A stretch of 64,000 nucleotides of DNA, taken from assembly GCF_050920415.1 (NCBI RefSeq), contig NZ_CP169309.1. One strand, written 5' to 3'. Shown piece by piece: positions 13,372 to 23,196 of this stretch. The notes under the pieces were generated by a model that was not told the origin of the DNA, did no database searches, and saw nothing but the letters and a program-made list of their open reading frames with translations. The position numbers and the translations under genes were made by a program. This stretch comes from Escherichia coli (GTDB lineage: Bacteria > Pseudomonadota > Gammaproteobacteria > Enterobacterales > Enterobacteriaceae). Position 1 is the stretch's first letter. Each line of letters starts with the position of its first letter.

Positions 13372-14111
13372 GTAACTGGCCTTATCCCCGCATCGTCGCC
13401 CACCGTGGCGGCGGTAAACTGGCCCCGGAAAACACCCTGGCGGCAATCGACGTTGGGGCAAAATACGGTCATAAGATGATCGAATTTGACGCGAAGTTAT
13501 CGAAAGATGGTGAGATCTTCCTGCTTCATGACGACAATCTCGAACGCACCAGCAACGGCTGGGGCGTCGCGGGCGATCTGAACTGGCAGGATTTACTGCG
13601 CGTGGATGCAGGCAGTTGGTACAGCAAAGCGTTTAAAGGTGAGCCGCTGCCGTTGCTTTCGCAGGTGGCGGAACGCTGCCGTGAACATGGGATGATGGCA
13701 AATATTGAAATCAAACCCACCACTGGCACTGGTCCATTAACGGGCAAAATGGTATCGCTGGCGGCGCGCGAACTGTGGGCTGGTATGACGCCGCCGCTGC
13801 TGTCATCGTTTGAGATTGATGCTTTAGAAGCCGCACACCAGGCTGCACCGGAACTGCCGCGCGGTTTGTTGCTGGATGAGTGGCGCGACGACTGGCGCGA
13901 ACTGACCACGCGGCTGGGCTGCGTCTCTATTCATCTCAATCATAAGTTGCTCGATAAAGCGCGAGTGATGCAGTTGAAAGACGCTGGATTACGGATTCTG
14001 GTTTATACCGTCAACAAACCCCAGCGTGCGGCAGAGTTGCTGCGCTGGGGCGTGGATTGCATCTGTACCGATGCGATTGATGTGATTGGCCCGAACTTTA
14101 CGGCCCAATAG
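13368..14111 (+). CDS. ugpQ: Glycerophosphodiester phosphodiesterase (cytoplasmic)
   Basis: 247-aa ORF starting [16 protein letters not shown], the GDPD-family motif; overlaps the ugpC stop. Confidence 0.95.
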   Translation: MSNWPYPRIVAHRGGGKLAPENTLAAIDVGAKYGHKMIEFDAKLSKDGEIFLLHDDNLERTSNGWGVAGDLNWQDLLRVDAGSWYSKAFKGEPLPLLSQVAERCREHGMMANIEIKPTTGTGPLTGKMVSLAARELWAGMTPPLLSSFEIDALEAAHQAAPELPRGLLLDEWRDDWRELTTRLGCVSIHLNHKLLDKARVMQLKDAGLRILVYTVNKPQRAAELLRWGVDCICTDAIDVIGPNFTAQ

Positions 14112-14538
14112 TTTTCAACGGAATATCAGGCTGCGGCGTGCTGGGCTGATTCAGCATGTCGCCGTTTCTCCTCTCCGGCAACATATGCTGCTGATTCAAC
14201 GAACTATCCGGATTACGGTTGCTGTTTAACATCCCGCCGTTGGTGTTGGGCAGCATTTGCTGCCGGGCGGGATTTAGCTCCCCCGGCTGTGACTGCAATA
14301 CCCGCTGCGAGTTGCTATTAAGCTGATTTTCTAAATGCTGCTGTTGTAATTGCGTCTGAGTTTTCAGTTGCTGATTCAGCATCCCTTTTTGCTGGATTTG
14401 CTGCGTTTGCATTTGAGTTTGCATCCGCTGCTGGCTGGGGATCTGATACCCCGGCTGGTTAGGGTTGTTCAGAGTATTAATGGGCTGTGCAAAGCCGACA
14501 AAAGGCAGGAGTGCCGTCAAAAGCAGAAGTCGTTTCAT
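14098..14538 (-). CDS. yhhA: Secreted Gln-rich protein YhhA (DUF2756)
   Basis: 146-aa ORF with signal peptide [17 protein letters not shown] and a Q-rich low-complexity body; convergent with ugpQ. Confidence 0.85.
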   Translation of the reverse strand: MKRLLLLTALLPFVGFAQPINTLNNPNQPGYQIPSQQRMQTQMQTQQIQQKGMLNQQLKTQTQLQQQHLENQLNSNSQRVLQSQPGELNPARQQMLPNTNGGMLNSNRNPDSSLNQQHMLPERRNGDMLNQPSTPQPDIPLKTIGP

Positions 14539-14657
14539 CGCGTATCCTCCTCTGAAGATATTCTTTAAGTTTACTCCTTTCCTGCAATCATCAGGATTAA
14601 TTCAGAGTTATATACCAGGCTTAGCTGGGGTTGCCCCTTAATCTCTGGAGTATAACG

Positions 14658-16403
14658 ATGATAAAACCGACGTTTTTACGCCGGGTGGCTATTGCTGCTC
14701 TGCTCACAGGAAGTTGTTTTAGTGCTGTCGCCGCGCCACCTGCGCCGCCGCCAGTCTCGTATGGCGTGGAGGAGGATGTCTTCCATCCGGTACGCGCGAA
14801 GCAGGGGATGGTAGCATCTGTGGACGCCACTGCCACTCAGGTGGGGGTAGATATCCTTAAGCAGGGCGGGAATGCCGTTGATGCTGCCGTGGCAGTGGGC
14901 TACGCGCTGGCGGTAACACATCCGCAGGCAGGGAATCTGGGCGGCGGCGGTTTTATGCTGATCCGCACTAAAGATGGCAATACCACCGCCATCGATTTCC
15001 GCGAAATGGCACCCGCCAAAGCGACCCGCGATATGTTCCTTGATGATCAGGGCAACCCGGACAGCAAAAAATCTCTCACTTCGCATCTTGCTTCTGGCAC
15101 ACCCGGTACGGTAGCGGGCTTCTCGTTGGCGCTGGAGAAATACGGCACCATGCCGCTGAACAAAGTTGTGCAGCCTGCGTTTAAACTGGCACGCGATGGT
15201 TTTATCGTTAACGATGCGCTGGCAGACGATCTCAAAACCTACGGCAGTGAAGTGCTACCAAATCACGAAAACAGCAAAGCTATCTTCTGGAAAGAGGGCG
15301 AACCGCTGAAAAAGGGCGACAAGCTGGTACAGACGAATCTGGCAAAGAGCCTGGAGATGATTGCCGAAAACGGCCCGGATGAATTCTACAAAGGCACGAT
15401 AGCGGAACAGATCGCCCTGGAGATGCAGAAAAACGGTGGCTTGATCACTAAAGAAGATTTAGCGGCCTATAAAGCGGTCGAACGTACACCAATAAGTGGC
15501 GATTATCGCGGGTATCAGATTTACTCCATGCCACCGCCATCCTCCGGCGGGATCCATATCGTACAGATCCTCAATATTCTGGAAAACTTCGATATGCAGA
15601 AATACGGCTTTGGCAGCGCCGATGCGATGCAAATCATGGCAGAAGCGGAGAAATACGCCTACGCCGACCGCTCGGAATATCTTGGCGACCCGGATTTTGT
15701 CAAAGTACCGTGGCAGGCGCTGACCAATAAAGCCTATGCCAAATCTATTGCTGATCAAATCGATATCAATAAAGCGAAGCCATCCAGCGAAATTCGCCCC
15801 GGCAAGCTTGCGCCTTATGAGAGTAATCAAACTACCCATTACTCTGTAGTGGATAAAGACGGTAACGCGGTGGCGGTGACCTATACGCTGAACACCACCT
15901 TCGGTACGGGTATTGTCGCGGGTGAGAGCGGTATTCTGCTTAATAATCAGATGGATGATTTCTCCGCCAAACCGGGCGTACCGAACGTTTACGGGCTGGT
16001 GGGTGGTGATGCTAACGCTGTCGGGCCGAATAAACGCCCGCTGTCGTCGATGTCACCAACCATTGTGGTCAAGGATGGTAAAACCTGGCTGGTCACCGGA
16101 AGCCCAGGTGGTAGCCGGATTATCACCACTGTGCTGCAAATGGTGGTGAACAGCATCGATTATGGCATGAATGTCGCCGAAGCGACCAATGCGCCGCGTT
16201 TCCACCATCAGTGGTTGCCGGACGAGCTGCGTGTCGAGAAAGGATTTAGCCCGGATACGCTCAAGCTGCTGGAAGCAAAAGGTCAGAAAGTGGCGCTAAA
16301 AGAGGCGATGGGCAGTACACAAAGCATTATGGTTGGGCCGGACGGCGAATTGTATGGCGCTTCCGACCCACGTTCGGTAGATGATTTAACGGCGGGGTAT
16401 TAA
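14658..16403 (+). CDS. ggt: Gamma-glutamyltranspeptidase
   Basis: Internal start MIKPTFLRRVAIAALLTGS within ORF 14631..16403; recognised as periplasmic GGT with the Thr-autoprocessing region. Confidence 0.95.
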   Translation: MIKPTFLRRVAIAALLTGSCFSAVAAPPAPPPVSYGVEEDVFHPVRAKQGMVASVDATATQVGVDILKQGGNAVDAAVAVGYALAVTHPQAGNLGGGGFMLIRTKDGNTTAIDFREMAPAKATRDMFLDDQGNPDSKKSLTSHLASGTPGTVAGFSLALEKYGTMPLNKVVQPAFKLARDGFIVNDALADDLKTYGSEVLPNHENSKAIFWKEGEPLKKGDKLVQTNLAKSLEMIAENGPDEFYKGTIAEQIALEMQKNGGLITKEDLAAYKAVERTPISGDYRGYQIYSMPPPSSGGIHIVQILNILENFDMQKYGFGSADAMQIMAEAEKYAYADRSEYLGDPDFVKVPWQALTNKAYAKSIADQIDINKAKPSSEIRPGKLAPYESNQTTHYSVVDKDGNAVAVTYTLNTTFGTGIVAGESGILLNNQMDDFSAKPGVPNVYGLVGGDANAVGPNKRPLSSMSPTIVVKDGKTWLVTGSPGGSRIITTVLQMVVNSIDYGMNVAEATNAPRFHHQWLPDELRVEKGFSPDTLKLLEAKGQKVALKEAMGSTQSIMVGPDGELYGASDPRSVDDLTAGY

Positions 16404-16410
16404 TATCTTA

Positions 16411-16440
16411 AGCCCTCTCCCGGTAGGTGAGGGCTTTTAG
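16411..16440 (+). terminator. Rho-independent terminator after ggt
   Basis: Hairpin agccctctcccggtaggtgagggct followed by ttt. Confidence 0.6.
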
Positions 16441-16452
16441 ATTACAAATTCT

Positions 16453-16941
16453 CTATTTCACCCGCGCCATATAATACGCATCGACATATTCGCCATTACG
16501 AAAAGCGTAATTTTTGCCGGTACCTTCTATGAGAAATCCGAATTTTTTATAGACTGCGATTGCCGGGGCGTTATCCGCAAACACCGTCAACTCAATACGA
16601 TCTATCCGTAACCAGTTGTCGCACATTTCAATCAATTCGCGGATCAGGGCGCTGGCGATGCCACGGTTGTGCCAGCGGGAGTCAACACAGATACCAAAAG
16701 TTGCAACATGACTGCGACGTGGGCCTTGATAAGCTTCCACGAAAAGATGACCCACCACGATACTATCAATGCAGGCAACCAGTTGTTTAAATCCCTGGCG
16801 ATCTTTCAATCTTTCTGGCCACCAGCCTTCCGAAGGATGAGGTAGTTGTAGCGTGTTGTAATACACCTCCGGCTGGGCGTGAATTTGCCTGATGGCCTCG
16901 TAATCCCGTGTTTCTGCGTGGCGTATTACTATCTCACTCAT
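16453..16941 (-). CDS. yhhY: GNAT family N-acetyltransferase
   Basis: Internal start MSEIVIRHAETRDYEAIRQIH within ORF 16453..17019; 162 aa; recognised as YhhY. Confidence 0.88.
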   Translation of the reverse strand: MSEIVIRHAETRDYEAIRQIHAQPEVYYNTLQLPHPSEGWWPERLKDRQGFKQLVACIDSIVVGHLFVEAYQGPRRSHVATFGICVDSRWHNRGIASALIRELIEMCDNWLRIDRIELTVFADNAPAIAVYKKFGFLIEGTGKNYAFRNGEYVDAYYMARVK

Positions 16942-17035
16942 TCCTTTGTCCTCTTTGGGGTAAATGTCCCTTTCAACATCATTGACTTTCAAATGCGAGT
17001 CAAATGCATTTTTTTGCAAAAAGTGTTGGACAAGT

Positions 17036-17058
17036 GCGAATGAGAATGATTATTATTG
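17036..17058 (+). promoter_or_regulatory. Fur box overlapping the ryhB promoter
   Basis: gcgaatgagaatgattattattg resembles the Fur consensus gataatgataatcattatc, immediately 5' of ryhB. Confidence 0.6.
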
Positions 17059-17062
17059 TCTC

Positions 17063-17152
17063 GCGATCAGGAAGACCCTCGCGGAGAACCTGAAAGCACG
17101 ACATTGCTCACATTGCTTCCAGTATTACTTAGCCAGCCGGGTGCTGGCTTTT
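17063..17152 (+). ncRNA. ryhB: RyhB small RNA (iron-sparing, Fur-repressed)
   Basis: gcgatcaggaagaccctcgcggagaacctgaaagcacgacattgctcacattgcttccagtattacttagccagccgggtgctggctttt recognised as RyhB, with intrinsic terminator hairpin gccagccgggtgctggc plus T-run; lies between yhhY and yhhX as in E. coli. Confidence 0.92.
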
Positions 17153-17274
17153 TTTTTGATCTTTCGTTTTCAATTTATCCACGGGAAGTGCTTGTGATCG
17201 TTATGCGCACTCCAGTAGGAACCACGTCCGCTTTGCGCTAAGGTGTAAATAATCACCTTAAAAAGGACGAAATC

Positions 17275-18312
17275 ATGGTCATCAACTGCGCCTTTATTGG
17301 CTTCGGCAAAAGCACCACCCGTTACCATCTGCCGTATGTACTTAACCGCAAGGATAGCTGGCATGTCGCGCATATTTTTCGCCGCCATGCGAAGCCGGAA
17401 GAACAGGCCCCCATTTACTCTCATATCCATTTCACCAGCGATCTCGACGAAGTACTAAACGATCCCGATGTTAAGCTGGTTGTTGTCTGCACCCATGCGG
17501 ACAGCCACTTCGAGTACGCGAAGCGCGCGCTGGAGGCTGGGAAAAATGTGCTGGTCGAAAAACCGTTTACTCCGACGCTTGCCCAGGCGAAAGAACTTTT
17601 TGCGCTGGCGAAAAGTAAAGGGCTGACCGTCACGCCGTATCAGAATCGTCGCTTTGATTCCTGTTTTCTGACGGCGAAAAAAGCGATTGAAAGCGGCAAG
17701 CTGGGAGAGATTGTTGAAGTGGAAAGCCATTTTGACTATTACCGCCCAGTGGCAGAAACCAAACCTGGACTGCCGCAGGATGGCGCGTTCTATGGCCTTG
17801 GTGTGCATACGATGGACCAGATTATCTCGCTGTTCGGTCGCCCGGATCACGTCGCTTATGACATCCGCAGCCTGCGTAATAAAGCCAATCCTGACGACAC
17901 CTTTGAAGCGCAGCTATTTTATGGCGATCTAAAAGCCATCGTCAAAACCAGCCATCTGGTGAAAATCGATTATCCGAAATTTATCGTTCATGGGAAGAAA
18001 GGTTCGTTTATTAAATACGGTATCGACCAGCAGGAAACCAGCCTGAAGGCTAACATTATGCCCGGCGAACCGGGATTCGCGGCGGATGATTCGGTCGGTG
18101 TGCTGGAGTATGTCAATGACGAGGGCGTGACGGTCAGAGAAGAGATGAAGCCAGAGATGGGCGATTACGGACGCGTTTATGATGCGTTGTACCAAACCAT
18201 CACCAGCGGGGCGCCAAATTACGTCAAGGAATCTGAAGTTCTTACCAATCTGGAAATCCTTGAACGCGGTTTTGAGCAAGCCTCTCCCTCCACAGTGACT
18301 CTTGCGAAGTAA
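17275..18312 (+). CDS. yhhX: Gfo/Idh/MocA-family NAD(P)-dependent oxidoreductase
   Basis: 345-aa ORF starting MVINCAFIGFGKSTTRYHLPYV, recognised as YhhX. Confidence 0.9.
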   Translation: MVINCAFIGFGKSTTRYHLPYVLNRKDSWHVAHIFRRHAKPEEQAPIYSHIHFTSDLDEVLNDPDVKLVVVCTHADSHFEYAKRALEAGKNVLVEKPFTPTLAQAKELFALAKSKGLTVTPYQNRRFDSCFLTAKKAIESGKLGEIVEVESHFDYYRPVAETKPGLPQDGAFYGLGVHTMDQIISLFGRPDHVAYDIRSLRNKANPDDTFEAQLFYGDLKAIVKTSHLVKIDYPKFIVHGKKGSFIKYGIDQQETSLKANIMPGEPGFAADDSVGVLEYVNDEGVTVREEMKPEMGDYGRVYDALYQTITSGAPNYVKESEVLTNLEILERGFEQASPSTVTLAK

Positions 18313-18434
18313 GTTTGATGACCTCTCGAATAGTTCAATTTTTTTGAACAGAGGGGTCAATTTTCACCCTCTATCATCCCAGGCGGATCGGGTCCACACT
18401 AAGCCCATCGAAATCATTCAGGGGGCGAATACAA

Positions 18435-19130
18435 ATGATCTACTTACGCAAAGCAAATGAACGTGGTCATGCAAATCATGGCTGGCTGGACTCCTGGCAT
18501 ACTTTCTCTTTTGCCAACTATTACGACCCGAACTTTATGGGCTTCTCCGCGCTGCGCGTGATTAACGACGACGTGATTGAAGCAGGGCAGGGCTTCGGCA
18601 CTCACCCGCATAAAGATATGGAAATTTTGACCTACGTGCTGGAAGGTACTGTTGAGCATCAGGACAGCATGGGCAATAAAGAGCAGGTTCCGGCGGGCGA
18701 GTTCCAGATTATGAGTGCGGGTACGGGTATTCGTCACTCAGAGTACAACCCAAGCAGCACCGAGCGTCTGCATCTGTATCAGATCTGGATCATGCCAGAA
18801 GAAAACGGTATTACGCCGCGTTATGAACAGCGTCGCTTTGATGCCGTACAGGGCAAACAACTGGTGCTCTCGCCGGATGCGCGTGATGGTTCATTGAAAG
18901 TGTATCAGGATATGGAACTGTACCGCTGGGCGCTGGTAAAAGATGAGCAGTCGGTGCATCAGATTGCCGCTGAACGCCGCGTCTGGATTCAGGTAGTGAA
19001 AGGTAATGTCACCATTAACGGCGTAAAAGCTTCGACCAGCGATGGTCTGGCAATCTGGGATGAGCAGGCAATCTCCATCCACGCTGACAGCGACAGCGAA
19101 GTGTTACTGTTCGATCTGCCTCCGGTTTAA
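18435..19130 (+). CDS. yhhW: Pirin-like quercetin 2,3-dioxygenase
   Basis: 231-aa cupin ORF with His-rich metal-site motifs (GFGTHPHKDME); recognised as YhhW. Confidence 0.9.
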   Translation: MIYLRKANERGHANHGWLDSWHTFSFANYYDPNFMGFSALRVINDDVIEAGQGFGTHPHKDMEILTYVLEGTVEHQDSMGNKEQVPAGEFQIMSAGTGIRHSEYNPSSTERLHLYQIWIMPEENGITPRYEQRRFDAVQGKQLVLSPDARDGSLKVYQDMELYRWALVKDEQSVHQIAAERRVWIQVVKGNVTINGVKASTSDGLAIWDEQAISIHADSDSEVLLFDLPPV

Positions 19131-19353
19131 AACTTAACGGCATTTTTGAAGCCTGCCTTTTTGCGGGCTTCATCGCTCGCCCCGGTCGCGTGCTGATGTA
19201 CGCGACCGGGGTTTTGTCGCGTCTTTAGCACAATGCGATGCAATTGATTTAGTGTATATCTAATAATTATAAACAAGCACTGTTTTCTCCGGGAAGGTTC
19301 TGATGCGTCCGTGTTAAACTAAGAGAATCTATCTCTTTTGTACCTTCAGGACG

Positions 19354-20349
19354 ATGAAAAAGAAAAGACCCGTACTTCAGGATGTGGCTGACCGTGTTGG
19401 CGTGACCAAAATGACGGTCAGCCGTTTTTTACGCAACCCGGAGCAGGTTTCCGTCGCTCTACGTGGCAAGATTGCCGCCGCTCTTGATGAACTGGGTTAT
19501 ATTCCCAATCGCGCACCCGATATCCTCTCTAACGCCACCAGCCGGGCGATTGGAGTCCTGTTACCTTCACTCACCAACCAGGTTTTCGCTGAAGTATTAC
19601 GCGGTATCGAAAGCGTCACGGACGCACACGGTTATCAGACGATGCTGGCGCACTACGGTTATAAACCGGAAATGGAGCAAGAACGCCTCGAATCAATGCT
19701 TTCCTGGAATATCGACGGACTTATTCTCACCGAACGTACCCACACGCCCCGCACCTTAAAGATGATTGAAGTAGCGGGTATTCCGGTGGTGGAGCTGATG
19801 GACAGTAAGTCGCCGTGCCTCGATATCGCCGTCGGTTTTGATAACTTTGAAGCGGCACGCCAGATGACCACCGCCATTATTGCTCGCGGGCATTGTCACA
19901 TTGCCTATCTCGGCGCACGCCTCGACGAACGTACTATCATCAAACAGAAGGGATATGAGCAGGCGATGCTGGATGCAGGCCTGGTGCCGTATAGCGTGAT
20001 GGTCGAGCAATCTTCTTCTTACTCTTCCGGTATTGAACTGATTCGCCAGGCGCGGCGGGAATATCCGCAGTTGGATGGCGTATTTTGTACTAATGATGAC
20101 CTGGCGGTCGGCGCGGCGTTTGAATGTCAGCGTCTGGGGCTGAAAGTTCCTGACGATATGGCGATTGCCGGTTTCCACGGTCATGACATTGGTCAGGTGA
20201 TGGAGCCACGGCTGGCGAGCGTGCTGACGCCGCGTGAGCGGATGGGCAGCATTGGCGCTGAGCGCCTGCTGGCGCGTATTCGTGGCGAATCTGTGACACC
20301 GAAAATGTTAGATTTAGGTTTCACCTTGTCACCGGGCGGATCTATTTAA
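19354..20349 (+). CDS. gntR: Gluconate repressor (LacI family)
   Basis: 331-aa ORF with N-terminal HTH (VTLQDVADRVGVTKMTVSRFL); recognised as GntR. Confidence 0.93.
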   Translation: MKKKRPVLQDVADRVGVTKMTVSRFLRNPEQVSVALRGKIAAALDELGYIPNRAPDILSNATSRAIGVLLPSLTNQVFAEVLRGIESVTDAHGYQTMLAHYGYKPEMEQERLESMLSWNIDGLILTERTHTPRTLKMIEVAGIPVVELMDSKSPCLDIAVGFDNFEAARQMTTAIIARGHCHIAYLGARLDERTIIKQKGYEQAMLDAGLVPYSVMVEQSSSYSSGIELIRQARREYPQLDGVFCTNDDLAVGAAFECQRLGLKVPDDMAIAGFHGHDIGQVMEPRLASVLTPRERMGSIGAERLLARIRGESVTPKMLDLGFTLSPGGSI

Positions 20350-20426
20350 GCTCACAAATTTGAAGTAGCTCACACTTATACACTTAAGGCACGGATGGAT
20401 ATTGCTTCTGTTTTTGTCCGGCTGGA

Positions 20427-20458
20427 CAATGTTACCGATAACAGTTACCCGTAACATT
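20427..20458 (+). promoter_or_regulatory. GntR operator sites in the gntKU promoter
   Basis: aatgttaccgataacag and ttacccgtaacatt (palindromic ATGTTAC..GTAACAT-type half-sites) just upstream of gntK. Confidence 0.6.
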
Positions 20459-20488
20459 TTCTGATTCTTGTATTGTGGGGGCACCACT

Positions 20489-21016
20489 TTGAGCACGACT
20501 AACCATGATCACCACATTTACGTCTTGATGGGCGTATCGGGCAGCGGCAAATCTGCAGTCGCCAGTGAAGTGGCGCATCAACTTCATGCCGCGTTTCTTG
20601 ATGGCGATTTCCTCCATCCGCGCTGCAATATCGAAAAAATGGCGTCTGGCGAACCGCTGAACGACGACGATCGCAAACCATGGTTACAGGCGCTTAACGA
20701 CGCCGCGTTTGCCATGCAGCGCACCAATAAAGTGTCGCTGATCGTCTGTTCTGCACTGAAAAAGCACTATCGCGACCTGCTGCGTGAAGGTAATCCGAAT
20801 CTCTCTTTCATCTACCTGAAAGGCGATTTTGATGTAATTGAAAGCCGTCTGAAAGCGCGCAAAGGCCATTTCTTTAAAACCCAAATGCTGGTGACGCAGT
20901 TTGAAACGCTGCAGGAGCCGGGTGCGGACGAAACCGATGTACTGGTGGTGGATATCGATCAACCGCTGGAAGGTGTTGTGGCAAGCACCATTGAGGTTAT
21001 TAATAAAGGCAAATAA
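20489..21016 (+). CDS. gntK: Thermoresistant gluconokinase
   Basis: ORF 20468..21016; product recognised from STTNHDHHIYVLMGVSGSGKSAV (P-loop); apparent TTG start at 20489; 175 aa. Confidence 0.9.
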   Translation: MSTTNHDHHIYVLMGVSGSGKSAVASEVAHQLHAAFLDGDFLHPRCNIEKMASGEPLNDDDRKPWLQALNDAAFAMQRTNKVSLIVCSALKKHYRDLLREGNPNLSFIYLKGDFDVIESRLKARKGHFFKTQMLVTQFETLQEPGADETDVLVVDIDQPLEGVVASTIEVINKGK

Positions 21017-21019
21017 GTA

Positions 21020-22354
21020 GTGACTACATTAACGCTTGTTTTAACAGCAGTAGGGTCTGTTTTACTGCTGCTGTTTTTAGTCATGAAGGCGCGTATGCAC
21101 GCTTTCCTGGCTTTGATGGTGGTGTCTATGGGGGCTGGCCTTTTTTCCGGTATGCCGCTCGATAAAATCGCAGCGACGATGGAAAAAGGGATGGGAGGCA
21201 CCCTCGGCTTCCTGGCGGTAGTTGTCGCCCTGGGAGCCATGTTTGGCAAGATCTTACATGAAACCGGCGCAGTCGATCAGATTGCCGTCAAAATGCTCAA
21301 ATCCTTCGGTCACAGTCGTGCGCATTATGCCATTGGCCTTGCGGGTCTGGTCTGTGCGCTACCGCTGTTCTTTGGAGTGGCGATTGTTCTGCTGATTAGC
21401 GTTGCTTTCTCAATGGCGCGCCACACCGGTACGAACCTGGTGAAACTGGTAATCCCATTATTCGCAGGCGTGGCGGCAGCGGCGGCGTTCCTGGTGCCGG
21501 GGCCTGCGCCAATGCTATTGGCATCGCAGATGAACGCTGACTTTGGCTGGATGATCCTGATTGGCCTGTGTGCGGCAATCCCGGGAATGATTATTGCCGG
21601 GCCGCTGTGGGGTAATTTCATCAGCCGCTACGTGGAGCTGCATATTCCTGACGATATCAGCGAACCGCATCTCGGCGAAGGCAAAATGCCGTCCTTCGGA
21701 TTCAGCCTGTCGCTGATCCTGCTGCCGCTGGTGGGGCTGAAAACCATTGCCGCGCGTTTTGTGCCGGAAGGCTCTACCGCTTACGAATGGTTCGAGTTTA
21801 TCGGTCATCCGTTTACCGCAATTCTGGTCGCTTGCCTGGTAGCAATTTACGGCCTGGCGATGCGTCAGGGTATGCCGAAAGACAAAGTGATGGAGATTTG
21901 CGGTCACGCGCTGCAACCGGCGGGGATTATTCTGCTGGTGATTGGTGCAGGCGGCGTGTTCAAACAGGTGCTGGTTGACTCTGGCGTAGGTCCGGCGCTG
22001 GGCGAAGCGTTAACCGGCATGGGCCTGCCGATTGCCATCACCTGCTTCGTGCTGGCAGCTGCAGTGCGCATCATTCAGGGTTCTGCCACCGTTGCCTGTT
22101 TAACGGCGGTAGGACTGGTGATGCCGGTTATTGAACAACTGAACTACTCCGGTGCGCAAATGGCGGCGCTGTCGATTTGTATCGCCGGTGGTTCGATTGT
22201 TGTCAGCCACGTTAACGACGCCGGTTTCTGGTTGTTCGGTAAATTTACCGGCGCGACCGAAGCCGAAACGCTGAAAACCTGGACCATGATGGAAACCATC
22301 CTCGGCACCGTTGGTGCCATCGTCGGGATGATTGCGTTCCAGCTGTTGAGTTAA
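21020..22354 (+). CDS. gntU: Low-affinity gluconate transporter (GntP family)
   Basis: 444-aa multi-TM ORF with a GTG start 4 bp after the gntK stop; recognised as GntU. Confidence 0.9.
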   Translation: MTTLTLVLTAVGSVLLLLFLVMKARMHAFLALMVVSMGAGLFSGMPLDKIAATMEKGMGGTLGFLAVVVALGAMFGKILHETGAVDQIAVKMLKSFGHSRAHYAIGLAGLVCALPLFFGVAIVLLISVAFSMARHTGTNLVKLVIPLFAGVAAAAAFLVPGPAPMLLASQMNADFGWMILIGLCAAIPGMIIAGPLWGNFISRYVELHIPDDISEPHLGEGKMPSFGFSLSLILLPLVGLKTIAARFVPEGSTAYEWFEFIGHPFTAILVACLVAIYGLAMRQGMPKDKVMEICGHALQPAGIILLVIGAGGVFKQVLVDSGVGPALGEALTGMGLPIAITCFVLAAAVRIIQGSATVACLTAVGLVMPVIEQLNYSGAQMAALSICIAGGSIVVSHVNDAGFWLFGKFTGATEAETLKTWTMMETILGTVGAIVGMIAFQLLS

Positions 22355-22410
22355 GTTTGTTCGCCCGGTAGTTGTGACGCTACCGGGCTCTTTTCGAAAA
22401 ACTCTCCTCG

Positions 22411-23004
22411 TTACCCCTTCATCCACATTCGAATGCCGTCAAGGAACATCTGAGTTGCCATCATCACCAGAATCAATCCCATCAGGCGTTCAAGTGCATT
22501 CACCCCTTTCTCGCCCAGCAGACGTAAAAATAGCGAAGACTGTAGCAGGATGACAAAGGTGCCACCCCAGGCCAGCAGCAGAGCAATTACCAGATGTCCC
22601 ATCTGATTCGGGTACTGATGAGACAGCAACATCAGCGTGGCGAGAATAGTCGGCCCGGCGACTAACGGAATTGCCAACGGCACGATAAACGGCTCTTCAC
22701 CTGCCGGAAGCCCGCTGCTATTTCCTGAAGCACTGGGGAAAATCATCTTAATGGCGATCAGAAACAGAATGATGCCGCCAGAAATGGAGACGGTTTCTGC
22801 CCGCAGGCTAAGAAATGCCAGAATTTTCTCACCCGCAAACAGGAACACCAGCATCACCAGGAGAGCAATAAGCAACTCTCGCACCATGATTGCCCGCCGT
22901 CTTTTCGGTTCAGTATGTTTCAGTACGGACATGAAAATAGGTAGGTTTCCGAGCGGATCCATAATCAGGATCAATAAAACTGCTGCAGAAATGATTTCAT
23001 TCAT
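22411..23004 (-). CDS. yhgN: MarC-family inner membrane protein
   Basis: 197-aa multi-TM ORF starting MNEIISAAVLLILIMDPLGNLPIF, recognised as YhgN. Confidence 0.9.
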   Translation of the reverse strand: MNEIISAAVLLILIMDPLGNLPIFMSVLKHTEPKRRRAIMVRELLIALLVMLVFLFAGEKILAFLSLRAETVSISGGIILFLIAIKMIFPSASGNSSGLPAGEEPFIVPLAIPLVAGPTILATLMLLSHQYPNQMGHLVIALLLAWGGTFVILLQSSLFLRLLGEKGVNALERLMGLILVMMATQMFLDGIRMWMKG

Positions 23005-23196
23005 AACTCAAATTCCCTGATAATTGCCGCGGACTTTCTGCGTGCTAACAAAGCAGGATAAGTCGCATTACTGATGGCTTCGCTATCATTGATTAATTTC
23101 ACTTGCGACTTTGGCTGCTTTTTGTATGGTGAAAGATGTGCCACGAGGAGACCGGCACATTTATACAGCACACATCTTTGCAGGAAAAAAACGCTT

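Noticed and set aside
14098-14538. Q-rich low-complexity protein YhhA considered as a possible novel repeat protein
   Set aside because: Recognised as the known conserved secreted protein YhhA (DUF2756); the low complexity is intrinsic to the family.
16964-17197. 77-aa ORF overlapping ryhB
   Set aside because: Region is the RyhB sRNA and its promoter; the ORF has no RBS or coding support.
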